Assembly: GCA_947631195.1 (NCBI GenBank)
Contig: CANRKK010000008.1
Span: 1,052 to 65,051, forward strand
DNA length: 64,000 nt
Reading direction: 5' to 3'
DNA from: an uncultured Clostridia bacterium
GTDB lineage: Bacteria > Bacillota > Clostridia > Christensenellales > Borkfalkiaceae
Positions 44,620 through 54,003 of this stretch are shown here, piece after piece. Below the pieces are notes generated by a model. That model did no database searches. It saw only the letters and a program-made list of their open reading frames with translations, and was not told the DNA's origin. The position numbers and the translations under genes are program-made. The first letter of the stretch is position 1; every line of letters begins with the position of its first letter.

Positions 44620-47568
44620 ATGTGGGGAGTGAAAAACAACGGAACCGCCGTAAGAAGGCTCAAAAAAATAATACCGCCCGTTGCCGTCGTGCTTATTATG
44701 GGCGCGGTGGCGGCGATTTTGGCGGGATATTTCAACTTTATATCCGCCCAGATGCGCGTCGACAGCCAAAGGCACCTGCAGGAAGTTTACGGGCAGGTGA
44801 CCCGCTCTTTCGACGCGTTTATAAACGACAACTGGGGGCTGCTCGACGGGTGCGCCGTATATTATGCGGCGGACGGCGGAACGGACGGGGGCGGCGGATT
44901 TGCCGGCTTTGTGGAAACGCAGAAACAAAACCGCGGCTTTTCGGAATTTTATTTTTTGGATACGGACAAAAACTACCGTACCCTCGGCGGCGCGGCGGGC
45001 TCCTTAAAACCCGACGGCGACTACGAGGCGATGATAGCCGCCAAACAGCCCGTCATGGCGGGGGAAACGATAGGCGGCGTAAAGACGACGATGTTCGCCG
45101 TTGCCTTCGAGGGGGTTTACGGCGGCTTTGCCTTTGACGCGATAGGCGTAAGCTACACCAACACGGACATCGCCAAATCGCTGAACGCCAACGCTTTCGA
45201 CGGCGTGGCGGAATGTTACGTGATAAACCCCGAGGGCAACGTATTGCTGACCACGGCGGTGGGCGGCGGCGCAAGGACGAACTACCTCACCTATCTTAAA
45301 AACGCGCTGGACGCAGACTCCTACAACGGCATAGCCGACGACATACGGAACGGGCGGCAGGGATTTTTTCAGGGCGAACTCCGCAACGAGGAATACTCGA
45401 TAATTTATATGCCCGTGGGCTACGGCGACTATTTTTTGCTGAGCGCGGTGCCCCTTTCGGCCGTGAGCCGCGGCTTTTTGACGGCGCAGCGCGCCACCAT
45501 GCGGGTGCTGCTCATCACCTTTTCCATAATCATAGCCGCGCTTATCGCCCTGTTGGTGTTCCGCATAGTTACGCAGTCCAACAAAAACAAACAGGAACTG
45601 CAATACCGCGAGCGCATGTTTGACGTGCTCTCCAACACGGTAAACGATATCTTTCTGATGCTCGACCCCGACACGCAGGCGGTGGAATACATAAGTCCCA
45701 ACGTGGAGCGGCTGATAGGCATCAGCGCAAAGGAGGCGCGCGCCGACATACGCAACATGGCGGCCTGCGCGGTGGACCGCAACATAATTGTGCCCGACGC
45801 CGAACTGCGCGGGATACCCCTGAACGGCAGCAAGAGCTGGGAGTGCGAATATATGCACCAGTCCACGGGGGAAAGACGGTGGTACCGCGTTTCGATATAC
45901 AGAATGAGTATACAGGGCACCGAAAAATATATAATCGTCATGTCCGACAGGACGCTGGACAAACAGCTCAACCAAAAGCTGCAGGAGGCCCTCGACGCCG
46001 CCAAGAGCGCCAACGAGGCCAAGAGCAACTTCCTCTCCAACATGTCGCACGACATAAGGACGCCTATGAACGCCATAGTGGGATTTTCGGTGTTGCTTGA
46101 AAAGAATGCCGACAACCCCGCCGCCGTGCGCGACTACACCCACAAAATAATGGCCTCGGGGCAGCACCTGCTCTCGCTTATAAACGACGTGCTCGACATG
46201 AGCAAGATAGAGAGCGGCAAAACTTCGCTCAACGTGGAGGAGTTCAGCCTGCCCGCGCTGCTTGAAGATTTAAACATAATAATCATGCCGCAGGCAAAGG
46301 CCAAACAACAGGATTTTACGATACATACCCACGGCAATCCGCCCGACAAGCTGACGGGCGACAGGCTGCGCTTGAACCAGATACTTATCAATCTTTTGTC
46401 CAACGCGGTAAAATATACCCCGCAGGGCGGCAAGATAGATTTTTCGGTGCAGAGCGTAAAGGGCGCGGGCCAGCTGGTTAACCTGAGGTTTGTGGTAAAG
46501 GACAACGGCATAGGCATGAGCGGGGAATACATAAAGGAAATCTTCAAGCCGTTCAGCCGCGAAAAAAATTCGGTGGTGAACGCCGTGCAGGGCACGGGCC
46601 TCGGCATGGCGATAACCAAAAACCTCGTGGACCTGATGGGCGGCGTGATACAGGTGGAGAGCGAACCCGGCAAGGGCAGCACGTTCACCGTGGACCTCTC
46701 CTTTGCGCCCGCGGCCGAACAGCAGGCCGACCGCCTGCCCGTCAAGATGACGCGCATGCTGGTGGCCGACGACGAGGAGGACGTGTGCCTGGGAATCTGC
46801 GGAATGATGCGCGGCACGGGCGTGGACGTAAAATACGCGCTCGACGGCAATACGGCGGTGGAAATGGCCGACGCGGCCCACGAAAACGGCGAGGGATACC
46901 ACGTCATTCTGCTCGACTGGAAGATGCCGGGAACGGACGGCGTGCAGACGGCGCGGCTTATCCGCGAAAAGGTGGGGACGGACGTGCCCATACTCGTTTT
47001 AACCTCCTACGACTGGAGCGACATCGAACATGAAGCGCGTCAGGCGGGAATAAACGCGTTTATGCCCAAGCCCTTTTTCCCCTCCACTTTCTTCAGCGCC
47101 GTAAAACCCTTCTTCGGCGGGGAGGCGAGCCAAACGGAGACCCCGCCCGCAGACGGAACGCTGCAGGGCAAAATGTTCCTCGTGGCGGAGGACAACGACC
47201 TCAACGCAGAGATACTCACCGAGATGCTCGCTTTGGAGGGCGCGCGCTGCGAAGTGGCGCAAAACGGGCGAATCGCCGCAGATATGTTTTTGAAGGCGCC
47301 CGAGGGATACTACGACATGATTTTGATGGACGTGCAGATGCCCGTCATGAACGGCTATGAGGCCGCGCGGACGATACGCGCCTCCTCGGACTACGGCCGC
47401 CGCATACCCATAGCGGCGATGACTGCCAACACCTTTACCGAGGACGTGCAAAACGCGCTGAACGCGGGCATGGACGCCCACCTTGCAAAACCCGTGGATA
47501 TGGACGCCGTGAAAAAGACGGCGGCCGCGCTGCTGGCAAAAGGGCGCGGCAAGGAGGAAACGGAATGA
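44620..47568 (+). CDS. Hybrid sensor histidine kinase (extracytoplasmic sensor domain, PAS, HisKA, HATPase, two receiver domains)
   Basis: 982 aa. Two TM segments flank a domain of about 250 aa. H-box FLSNMSHDIRTPMNAI; G-boxes ..DNGIGM.., GTGLGMAI. REC domains with ..LLDWKMPGTDG.. and ..LMDVQMPVMNG.. Confidence 0.85.
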   Translation: MWGVKNNGTAVRRLKKIIPPVAVVLIMGAVAAILAGYFNFISAQMRVDSQRHLQEVYGQVTRSFDAFINDNWGLLDGCAVYYAADGGTDGGGGFAGFVETQKQNRGFSEFYFLDTDKNYRTLGGAAGSLKPDGDYEAMIAAKQPVMAGETIGGVKTTMFAVAFEGVYGGFAFDAIGVSYTNTDIAKSLNANAFDGVAECYVINPEGNVLLTTAVGGGARTNYLTYLKNALDADSYNGIADDIRNGRQGFFQGELRNEEYSIIYMPVGYGDYFLLSAVPLSAVSRGFLTAQRATMRVLLITFSIIIAALIALLVFRIVTQSNKNKQELQYRERMFDVLSNTVNDIFLMLDPDTQAVEYISPNVERLIGISAKEARADIRNMAACAVDRNIIVPDAELRGIPLNGSKSWECEYMHQSTGERRWYRVSIYRMSIQGTEKYIIVMSDRTLDKQLNQKLQEALDAAKSANEAKSNFLSNMSHDIRTPMNAIVGFSVLLEKNADNPAAVRDYTHKIMASGQHLLSLINDVLDMSKIESGKTSLNVEEFSLPALLEDLNIIIMPQAKAKQQDFTIHTHGNPPDKLTGDRLRLNQILINLLSNAVKYTPQGGKIDFSVQSVKGAGQLVNLRFVVKDNGIGMSGEYIKEIFKPFSREKNSVVNAVQGTGLGMAITKNLVDLMGGVIQVESEPGKGSTFTVDLSFAPAAEQQADRLPVKMTRMLVADDEEDVCLGICGMMRGTGVDVKYALDGNTAVEMADAAHENGEGYHVILLDWKMPGTDGVQTARLIREKVGTDVPILVLTSYDWSDIEHEARQAGINAFMPKPFFPSTFFSAVKPFFGGEASQTETPPADGTLQGKMFLVAEDNDLNAEILTEMLALEGARCEVAQNGRIAADMFLKAPEGYYDMILMDVQMPVMNGYEAARTIRASSDYGRRIPIAAMTANTFTEDVQNALNAGMDAHLAKPVDMDAVKKTAAALLAKGRGKEETE

Positions 47569-48827
47569 AAAAACTCTGCGTGGCTCTCGCCGTTGCAATG
47601 TGCGCCGCGGTTGCGCTTGCGGGCTGCGGAAACGGGGACGGCGGGCCCTCCTTCGACCCCTCGGCAATAACGATAATGGGCAAGGAGAGCGACCTTAAAA
47701 AGAACTATATGCAGCGCATTTTCGACCTGTACAGGGCGAGCGGGGAAAATATAAACGTTATGTACGTTGAGGACGGCCTTTACGAACAGAAATCGCTCGA
47801 ACTCGAAAGGGCGGGGAAGCTGCCCGATTTGTACCTCCACTTCCACAACGCCGACCTCGACAATCTGGACGTGGAGAACAACTTTGAATATTTAAACGGC
47901 GCGGAGTGGGAGACCGAACTCACCGCAAGCGCGGCAAAATACTGCACGGACGGGGACGGCAATCTGCTGGGACTGCCCTTTTGGGAAAGCTCCGTTTCGG
48001 GCTGCTACTACAACAAGACGATATTCGCAAAATACGGTTTGGGGCCCGTGACCGACCAGGCCGATTTCGACGGGCTGTGCCGCCTTCTGGCGGGCGAGGG
48101 CGTGACCCCCGTATGCTGGGCCGCAGACGGCTGCTCGTGGATGCAGCAATTTGCGCTGGACCCCGTGTTTGCGGACGACGCTAAACTTTTGGAGGACCTG
48201 AACGCAAGCCGCATAACCTATGCGGAAATACCCGGAGTGCGCGCGATGACCGAATGGATATACAACGCGGCAAAAAGCGGCTGGTTCGGCAAGAACTACC
48301 TCTCGACGGGCTGGGACGGGATAAGCCGCGCGCTCAGCTCGGGCGAGGCGGCGATGACCTTTATCTGGGACACCTGGTTCTACACCGATTTTACCCCCGG
48401 CGCGTACGGCGTGGACGACTTTGCCCTGATGCCCGTGTTTATGAACACGGCGGAGGGCGGAACGTACGAGGGCGGCAACCTCAACATGATGATGGTGAAC
48501 AAAAAGGGCGACAAAAAGGAAAAGGCGCTTGACTTCCTCTCCTTTTGCGCCGACCCCGAAAATTATAACGCCGCCTTCAAGGATATCTCCACCGTGAGCG
48601 TGTTCCGCCGCCAGACTACCAATATCCAGTCGAAAATGGTCACCGACGCGGCGGAGTCCATAGCGGCGCACGAGCGCGTCTCCACGGCCAGCACCAAAAT
48701 AGCGGGCTACAGCAGCGACAAAGTGTGCGCCGTATTCAAGGAGCTGCTGAGCGGCGCAATCACCGTTGACCGGTGCATAGAGCGGCTGGACCGCGACAGG
48801 CTTGCCGCGGCGCACGGCCTTATATAA
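47565..48827 (+). CDS. Extracellular solute-binding lipoprotein, translationally coupled to the sensor kinase
   Basis: 420 aa. Lipobox LAGC. Sugar-type family-1 SBP composition. ATGA overlap (4 nt) with the kinase stop codon. Confidence 0.75.
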   Translation: MKKLCVALAVAMCAAVALAGCGNGDGGPSFDPSAITIMGKESDLKKNYMQRIFDLYRASGENINVMYVEDGLYEQKSLELERAGKLPDLYLHFHNADLDNLDVENNFEYLNGAEWETELTASAAKYCTDGDGNLLGLPFWESSVSGCYYNKTIFAKYGLGPVTDQADFDGLCRLLAGEGVTPVCWAADGCSWMQQFALDPVFADDAKLLEDLNASRITYAEIPGVRAMTEWIYNAAKSGWFGKNYLSTGWDGISRALSSGEAAMTFIWDTWFYTDFTPGAYGVDDFALMPVFMNTAEGGTYEGGNLNMMMVNKKGDKKEKALDFLSFCADPENYNAAFKDISTVSVFRRQTTNIQSKMVTDAAESIAAHERVSTASTKIAGYSSDKVCAVFKELLSGAITVDRCIERLDRDRLAAAHGLI

Positions 48828-48847
48828 TTTATACCTGTATTGAAAAA

Positions 48848-48893
48848 ATGCCCGCCTGCGCCGTTATTTCGGCGCAGGCGGGCATGCGTTTTT
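48848..48893. terminator. Bidirectional rho-independent terminator between convergent SBP and pilO-like genes
   Basis: 15-bp stem atgcccgcctgcgcc/ggcgcaggcgggcat, 8-nt loop, with an A-run before and gcgttttt after. Confidence 0.75.
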
Positions 48894-48903
48894 CCCCAAA
48901 ATT

Positions 48904-49476
48904 TTACGAGGGGCTGCCCTCCAATTCATAAAAACTTATCGCGCAGCCCACCGAGAGAGCGGAGGCGCTTTCCAAATCCCCGCCCGCGGGCGTGAGTTCA
49001 AGCGCGTCCAGCGAGCATTTAAAGCCCGTGCCGAGCAACCCGCGGAGAATGTCCGCCGCTTTGGAAAAGGCATTTTCGCCGCTTACGGAAAAGCTGAACC
49101 TCACCGTGCGCCTCAGCACCCCGTCCGCGGGACCCGAAGGCGTGCCGTAGGAGACGGTCGCCCTCTCCAAACCGTCCAAAACCGCGGCAAAACGTCCCGC
49201 AAGCACCGCCTGCTGCGCGTTGTTGTCGTAGTAGGGCATGGGCGCGGCGTTTTCCTGTTTCAGGCTTTCGAGTTCGGCAACCATTCTGTCGTAGTTGTTT
49301 TTCCTGTTCAGCGCGGCGCTTTTTTGTATTGCCGCCCCGTCAAGTTTTGCCTCCACCTCCGCGGTGCGCGCGTTGAGCGGAGCTATGGCCAGCCCGAAAT
49401 ACAGCCCAGCAGCCAGGGCTATCACGAGAAGGGCTATCGCCGCTATGACCGTCTTCTTTTTAAACTTGCTCTTCAT
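48904..49476 (-). CDS. PilO-like type IV pilus assembly protein
   Basis: 190 aa. N-terminal TM, coiled coil, C-terminal alpha/beta domain. Position after the pilM/pilN-like genes, with a 17-nt overlap with the upstream gene. Confidence 0.5.
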   Translation of the reverse strand: MKSKFKKKTVIAAIALLVIALAAGLYFGLAIAPLNARTAEVEAKLDGAAIQKSAALNRKNNYDRMVAELESLKQENAAPMPYYDNNAQQAVLAGRFAAVLDGLERATVSYGTPSGPADGVLRRTVRFSFSVSGENAFSKAADILRGLLGTGFKCSLDALELTPAGGDLESASALSVGCAISFYELEGSPS

Positions 49477-50059
49477 GGTCCGCCTCCGTCTTTAAATATA
49501 TCACGAGGCTGAGCGTCGTGCCCGTCGCGCCGAGCTCCGTGCCCGTCACGGCCACGCTCTCCGCCGCCCCGCTGCCGCGCACGTCACTAAGCAGCGTCTC
49601 CACGTCGGCTGCCGCAACGCCAGTGACCGTCAGCGAAAGGACGTTCCCCGAAAGCGACGCGCGTTCAACCTTGCCCTTGCCGAAAACCGCGTCCCCGAGC
49701 AGCCCGAACGCCGCGTCCAAATCCGCCGTTTCGGGGAAATTTTCCATAACGTATCTCCTGTACTCCTCGCGCACGTCCGCAAGCTCCCCGTCGGACACAT
49801 AGTCTTTAAGCTCCTGCACGGCGGCGTTTTCCGCTTCCAGCCGCCTCTCCTTTTCTCTCAGCGCGGTATAGGGCAGATAGGCGCCCAAGAATCCCGCCGC
49901 CGCCAAAACTATGAACAGCAGGGAGAAAAACAGCGCCAGCCCGCGGGCCGAAAGCCCGTTCTTTTCCCTTACGCAGAGATTCAGGGTATCTTTTTTAAAT
50001 GTCTTTGCGGGCCTTATACCCGCCTTTTTTTTATCAAACAACATAAGTAAGCTCCTCAC
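49460..50059 (-). CDS. PilN-like type IV pilus assembly protein
   Basis: 199 aa. Single TM (LALFFSLLFIVLAAAGFLGAYL) followed by a coiled coil. 4-nt overlap with the pilM-like gene. Confidence 0.5.
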   Translation of the reverse strand: MRSLLMLFDKKKAGIRPAKTFKKDTLNLCVREKNGLSARGLALFFSLLFIVLAAAGFLGAYLPYTALREKERRLEAENAAVQELKDYVSDGELADVREEYRRYVMENFPETADLDAAFGLLGDAVFGKGKVERASLSGNVLSLTVTGVAAADVETLLSDVRGSGAAESVAVTGTELGATGTTLSLVIYLKTEADHEEQV

Positions 50060-50919
50060 TGCAGCGCGGCGCCTGCGGCTGCCGCTACGGAGGCCGCGTC
50101 CGTTTGCGCGCTTACCTCCGGAAATTCGGAAAGATCGTCAAGCGGCAGGGGCAAAGCCTTGCGCAGGGTATCCATAAACTCCGCGTTGTGGACGCCGCCC
50201 CCGCAGCAGTGCAGATGTTCGAGCGCTTCCCCGCTGCTGAAACGGTAAAAATTCACCGCCTTTAAAATTTCCAGCGCGGCCGAAGCGTAACTTTCGCCCG
50301 GGCCGCCGTAGCCCGCCGTGCGCACGCTCACCGAAGCGTCCCCGTTATAGAGATAGAGCCGCACCGAGTTTTGCCCGATATCCATTATGCCGTGGCGGTG
50401 GACGGTTGCCGCCCGCTTTAAAAGGTTGGCGTAGGCAAATTCGGGCGGGATCACGGTTTTCAGTTTAAACCCCGCCTCCCCGAACATGCCGACGTAGTTT
50501 TTTATCGTTTCCTTGCGCGCGGCGGCGGCAAACACTTCCATGTAGGGCGTGCCGTCCTCCCTCTGCCCCGAACCGAGCAACACGCAGTCGAAAAAATAGT
50601 TTTCCTTGCCGTCCGTTATATAGTCCCTGAACCCGTAGGGAAGGTTGAACGTCATCTGTTCCCGCGTGGCGGCGGCAATTTCGAACCGCCTGCAATAATA
50701 CTGCCCCGCAGGCAGCACGAGAGCCGCGTTGCGCGCAGGCAATTTTTCAGTGCGGCGGAGCGTCTTTAAAAATTCCGCCATATCCGCGAAGGACTTTACG
50801 GCGCCCCCTTCCGCAAGGCCGCCGTGAGCGGCGTTGATCCCCGCCGTCACCTTGCCGTTTTTCACCACGGCAACGTGGACCGCAAGGCTCCCTATATCGA
50901 AACCGACGCAGTTTTTCAT
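50056..50919 (-). CDS. pilM: PilM-like actin-fold pilus assembly ATPase
   Basis: 287 aa. N-terminal VGFDIGSLAVHVAVV phosphate-1-like motif. Assigned partly by context. Confidence 0.6.
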   Translation of the reverse strand: MKNCVGFDIGSLAVHVAVVKNGKVTAGINAAHGGLAEGGAVKSFADMAEFLKTLRRTEKLPARNAALVLPAGQYYCRRFEIAAATREQMTFNLPYGFRDYITDGKENYFFDCVLLGSGQREDGTPYMEVFAAAARKETIKNYVGMFGEAGFKLKTVIPPEFAYANLLKRAATVHRHGIMDIGQNSVRLYLYNGDASVSVRTAGYGGPGESYASAALEILKAVNFYRFSSGEALEHLHCCGGGVHNAEFMDTLRKALPLPLDDLSEFPEVSAQTDAASVAAAAGAALQ

Positions 50920-50932
50920 ACAGTTCTCCTTT

Positions 50933-51718
50933 TTAAGTAACCAAAGATAAATAAAAATCTATTACGGGCCTGCCGAAAAGCAGGGTAAATACCGCCGCCG
51001 CGACTATCGCGGGCCCGAACGGGAATTGCCCCTTGCCGCTCCTTCGGGCAAAGGCGAACGCCAGCCCCGCAATGCAGGCGACGATTATCATCAGCAGTCC
51101 GCCCCACAGCCCCGTGTACAGGCCGAGCATGGCTATCAGCTTTACGTCCCCGCCGCCGAGCGTCTCCTTTTTGAGCGCCGCGTCCATGGCTATGGAGATT
51201 AAAAGCATGCCCCCGCCGTATATGAGCGCGGCCGCCATCCCTTCCGCCGCCCGCCGTTCCCCGCCGCCGTGCGGATAGAGGAACAGGCCGAACAGCACCG
51301 CGCCGAACAGCACGAGCCCGTCGGGAATTTCAAACGAATCGTAGTCTATAAGCGCGACGGCAATCAGGGCGGAAACCAGCGCGATATATTCCAGCGTTAT
51401 AAACCCGAAGCCGTAGACGAGGTAAACGGCGACGTAAACGAGGGCCGTTATAAGCTCGCAGAAAAGACACCTTACGGGAATGGGCGCGCCGCAACGGCGG
51501 CACTTGCCGCCCAGAAATATATAACTGAATATGGGTATAAGCTCCAAGGCTCCCAACGCGGCTCCGCAGGAGACGCAGCGGCTTCTGCCCTTTAAAAAGC
51601 TCTCCCCCGCGACGCGGCGACCCGCAGCGCAGTCTATAAAACTGCCCATGCACGCTCCGAACACGAAGAGGATTGCCAAAACAAAGATATCCGCCGCAAG
51701 AGGCAACTTCAAATACAT
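50933..51718 (-). CDS. pilD: Prepilin peptidase (A24 family)
   Basis: 261 aa. Cys-rich N-terminal box CMGSFIDC..CVSCG..CRRCG, multi-TM, GGGDVKL active-site motif. Confidence 0.85.
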   Translation of the reverse strand: MYLKLPLAADIFVLAILFVFGACMGSFIDCAAGRRVAGESFLKGRSRCVSCGAALGALELIPIFSYIFLGGKCRRCGAPIPVRCLFCELITALVYVAVYLVYGFGFITLEYIALVSALIAVALIDYDSFEIPDGLVLFGAVLFGLFLYPHGGGERRAAEGMAAALIYGGGMLLISIAMDAALKKETLGGGDVKLIAMLGLYTGLWGGLLMIIVACIAGLAFAFARRSGKGQFPFGPAIVAAAVFTLLFGRPVIDFYLSLVT

Positions 51719-51749
51719 ATCTATCTCCTGCCCGCCCGCAGACGCGCCG

Positions 51750-52202
51750 TCAGCCCGAAGCGGAAACGTCGGTGACGGTTATAAACACCGAGATATAGTA
51801 CACGCCTTCCGACAGGTTGGCGAGCCCCCTGTTTTCGACGCTCAAAGTGGGATATTTGCCGTCCGTATAGGTGTGCCTGTCCCCGGGATAAATTTTTATG
51901 TTGGACATTTCTCCCGTGGAGCTTACGTCGGCGGTGACTATCCAGCACAGACGGGGGTCTGCGCCCGTGTTGTAAAACGGTCTGACGTTGTACTTTGCGC
52001 CCGTGTACGTTTCGGGGTCGTCGAGTATTTTTGCGATGGCCGTGGAGCGCACCGCGTTGATGTTTGCGTCCCGCGTGGCGTTCTGCGCCCTGGAGAGCGA
52101 AGTGGCGAATATCGGCGCCGCTATGGCGGTGAGCACGGCTATTATGGCAACCACTATCAGAAGTTCCGCCAGCGTAAAGCCCTTTTTACTTCTCTTTAAC
52201 AT
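51750..52202 (-). CDS. Type IV major pilin (paralogue 1)
   Basis: MLKRSKKG/FTLAELLIVVAIIAVLTAIAAPIF: class III signal peptide with Gly-1 and Glu+5. Confidence 0.85.
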   Translation of the reverse strand: MLKRSKKGFTLAELLIVVAIIAVLTAIAAPIFATSLSRAQNATRDANINAVRSTAIAKILDDPETYTGAKYNVRPFYNTGADPRLCWIVTADVSSTGEMSNIKIYPGDRHTYTDGKYPTLSVENRGLANLSEGVYYISVFITVTDVSASG

Positions 52203-52224
52203 ATTCTTTTATTTCCTTTTTATT

Positions 52225-52668
52225 TTATTCGGACGTGACCGCCGCCTGGTCTATGTACACGGCAACGTAGTGTATGCCGTCCGCCTCGTTTACGCCCGAC
52301 GTGTTCCCCGCGCCGAGTTTGGGATAGTTTGCCCCGTAGTCGGCGGAATTCCCCTTGTGTATCTTCACGTTGGAAATTTCCCCGCGTTGGTTTACGTCCG
52401 CCGTAACTATCCAGCACAGCCTTTCGGGCTCCTCCGAATTGAACGGCTTGACGACGTATTCCGCGCCGAGATATTTGTCGGACTCTTCAAAAATGGTCAC
52501 TATCGCCGTGGAGCGCACCGCGTTCACGTTTGCGTCACGCGTGGCGCTTTTCGCTTTTGAAAGCGACGTGGCGAATATCGGCGCGGCTATGGCGGTGAGT
52601 ACGGCTATTATGGCAACCACTATCAGAAGTTCTGCCAGCGTAAAGCCCTTTCTGTTCCTTTTAAGCAT
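52225..52668 (-). CDS. Type IV major pilin (paralogue 2)
   Basis: MLKRNRKG/FTLAELLIVVAIIAVLTAIAAPIF. About 55% identical to the downstream paralogue, with a shared internal RLCWIVTADV motif. Confidence 0.85.
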   Translation of the reverse strand: MLKRNRKGFTLAELLIVVAIIAVLTAIAAPIFATSLSKAKSATRDANVNAVRSTAIVTIFEESDKYLGAEYVVKPFNSEEPERLCWIVTADVNQRGEISNVKIHKGNSADYGANYPKLGAGNTSGVNEADGIHYVAVYIDQAAVTSE

Positions 52669-52755
52669 TGCTGTTTCTCCTTTAAAGAAAGATTGATCTA
52701 TTGTCCGCCGCAGAGATAAAGCAGCGTTTTTTCCGGTTTTTTTAGGGGACGGGCG

Positions 52756-53973
52756 TCAATACGCCATGCCCGCGCCCGAACTCATGGAGAACATGGGCAC
52801 GTAAATCGCTATCACCACAAAAGCGACGATGAGGCCCAAAACCACGGTGATGGCAGGTTCCAGCACGGCAATAGCCGCGTCCGAAGCCGCCGTCGCCTCC
52901 TCGTAATAGTACAGTCCCGCCGTGCGCAGGGCTTCGGAAAGGTTGCCCGACGTCTCCCCCACGGCTATCATTTCAACCAGCATGGGGGGGATATACAGCG
53001 CGTCCGCGAGCGCCTCTCCGAGGCTCATGCCGTTTTCTATTTTGGCTATCGCCCCGCCGAGTTCCGCCCCCACGCAGCGCAGGCTCGAAACGCGGGCGGC
53101 TATGCCGAGAGCCTTCGTAAGGGACATTCCCGCGTCGAGGAGGGTCGCAAGGGTGTTTGCCGTCTGCGCGGCGGCGTTGTGTTTTGCTATTTTGCCCGTT
53201 ACGGGCATCTTTATTTTCAGTTTCGAAAAGTTGAGTTTGCCCCTCTCCGTCCTTCCGTACAGCGTTAACCCCGCAATAACCGCGGCCAGCGCGGCGAGCA
53301 CGGCGTACCAATAGTTTTTGAAGAAGCCCGACACGGCTATGAGCGCCTTCGTAACCGCGGGCAGCTCTGAGCCGAAAGACAGCAGCGTTTCGGTCATCGT
53401 GGGCACGAGCACCGTCATTATTACCGCTATGACGACTATGGCGAGGGCGAGCACTATGGCGGGATAGGTCAAAGCCTGCCGCACCTTGGTCTGCATCTTG
53501 TTTATGCGGGAGTAATACGTTTCAAGGCTCTTGAAAGACTGCTCTATCGTGCCCGATTCCTCCCCCGCGCGCACCGTTTCGATAAATACGGGGGGGATTT
53601 TTTTGCCGTTTCTCTGCAGCCCGTCCGCAAGCGAAAAGCCCGCGGCGACGTCCTTAGAGGCGGCGGTGAGATATCTGCGCATCAGCCTGTCGCCGCACTG
53701 TACGGCAATCAGCTCTACCGCGCGGGCGACGGGGATCCCCGCCTGCAACATTATGGCAAAGCGGCCCGCGGTGAGGGCGAGCGTCTTGTTGCTTACCCAC
53801 AGCGGTTCGTTTAAATCTATATGCAGGCCGCGGCCCTTTACGGGCTTGACAAATTCAACTACGGGGTACGTTTTCCGTATTGAATTTATCGCCTCGAATT
53901 CGTCGTAGGCGTCGATTTTGCCCTTTACCTTGCGGCCGTCTTTTGCCACCGCGCGGTATTTGAACGTCTGCAT
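52756..53973 (-). CDS. pilC: Type IV pilus platform protein (GspF/PilC family)
   Basis: 405 aa. Two T2SSF-type repeats with 3 TM segments. Adjacent to pilB. Confidence 0.85.
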   Translation of the reverse strand: MQTFKYRAVAKDGRKVKGKIDAYDEFEAINSIRKTYPVVEFVKPVKGRGLHIDLNEPLWVSNKTLALTAGRFAIMLQAGIPVARAVELIAVQCGDRLMRRYLTAASKDVAAGFSLADGLQRNGKKIPPVFIETVRAGEESGTIEQSFKSLETYYSRINKMQTKVRQALTYPAIVLALAIVVIAVIMTVLVPTMTETLLSFGSELPAVTKALIAVSGFFKNYWYAVLAALAAVIAGLTLYGRTERGKLNFSKLKIKMPVTGKIAKHNAAAQTANTLATLLDAGMSLTKALGIAARVSSLRCVGAELGGAIAKIENGMSLGEALADALYIPPMLVEMIAVGETSGNLSEALRTAGLYYYEEATAASDAAIAVLEPAITVVLGLIVAFVVIAIYVPMFSMSSGAGMAY

Positions 53974-54003
53974 GCGCCCCTCCTTTGCCCTGTTTTTTTA
54001 TTT

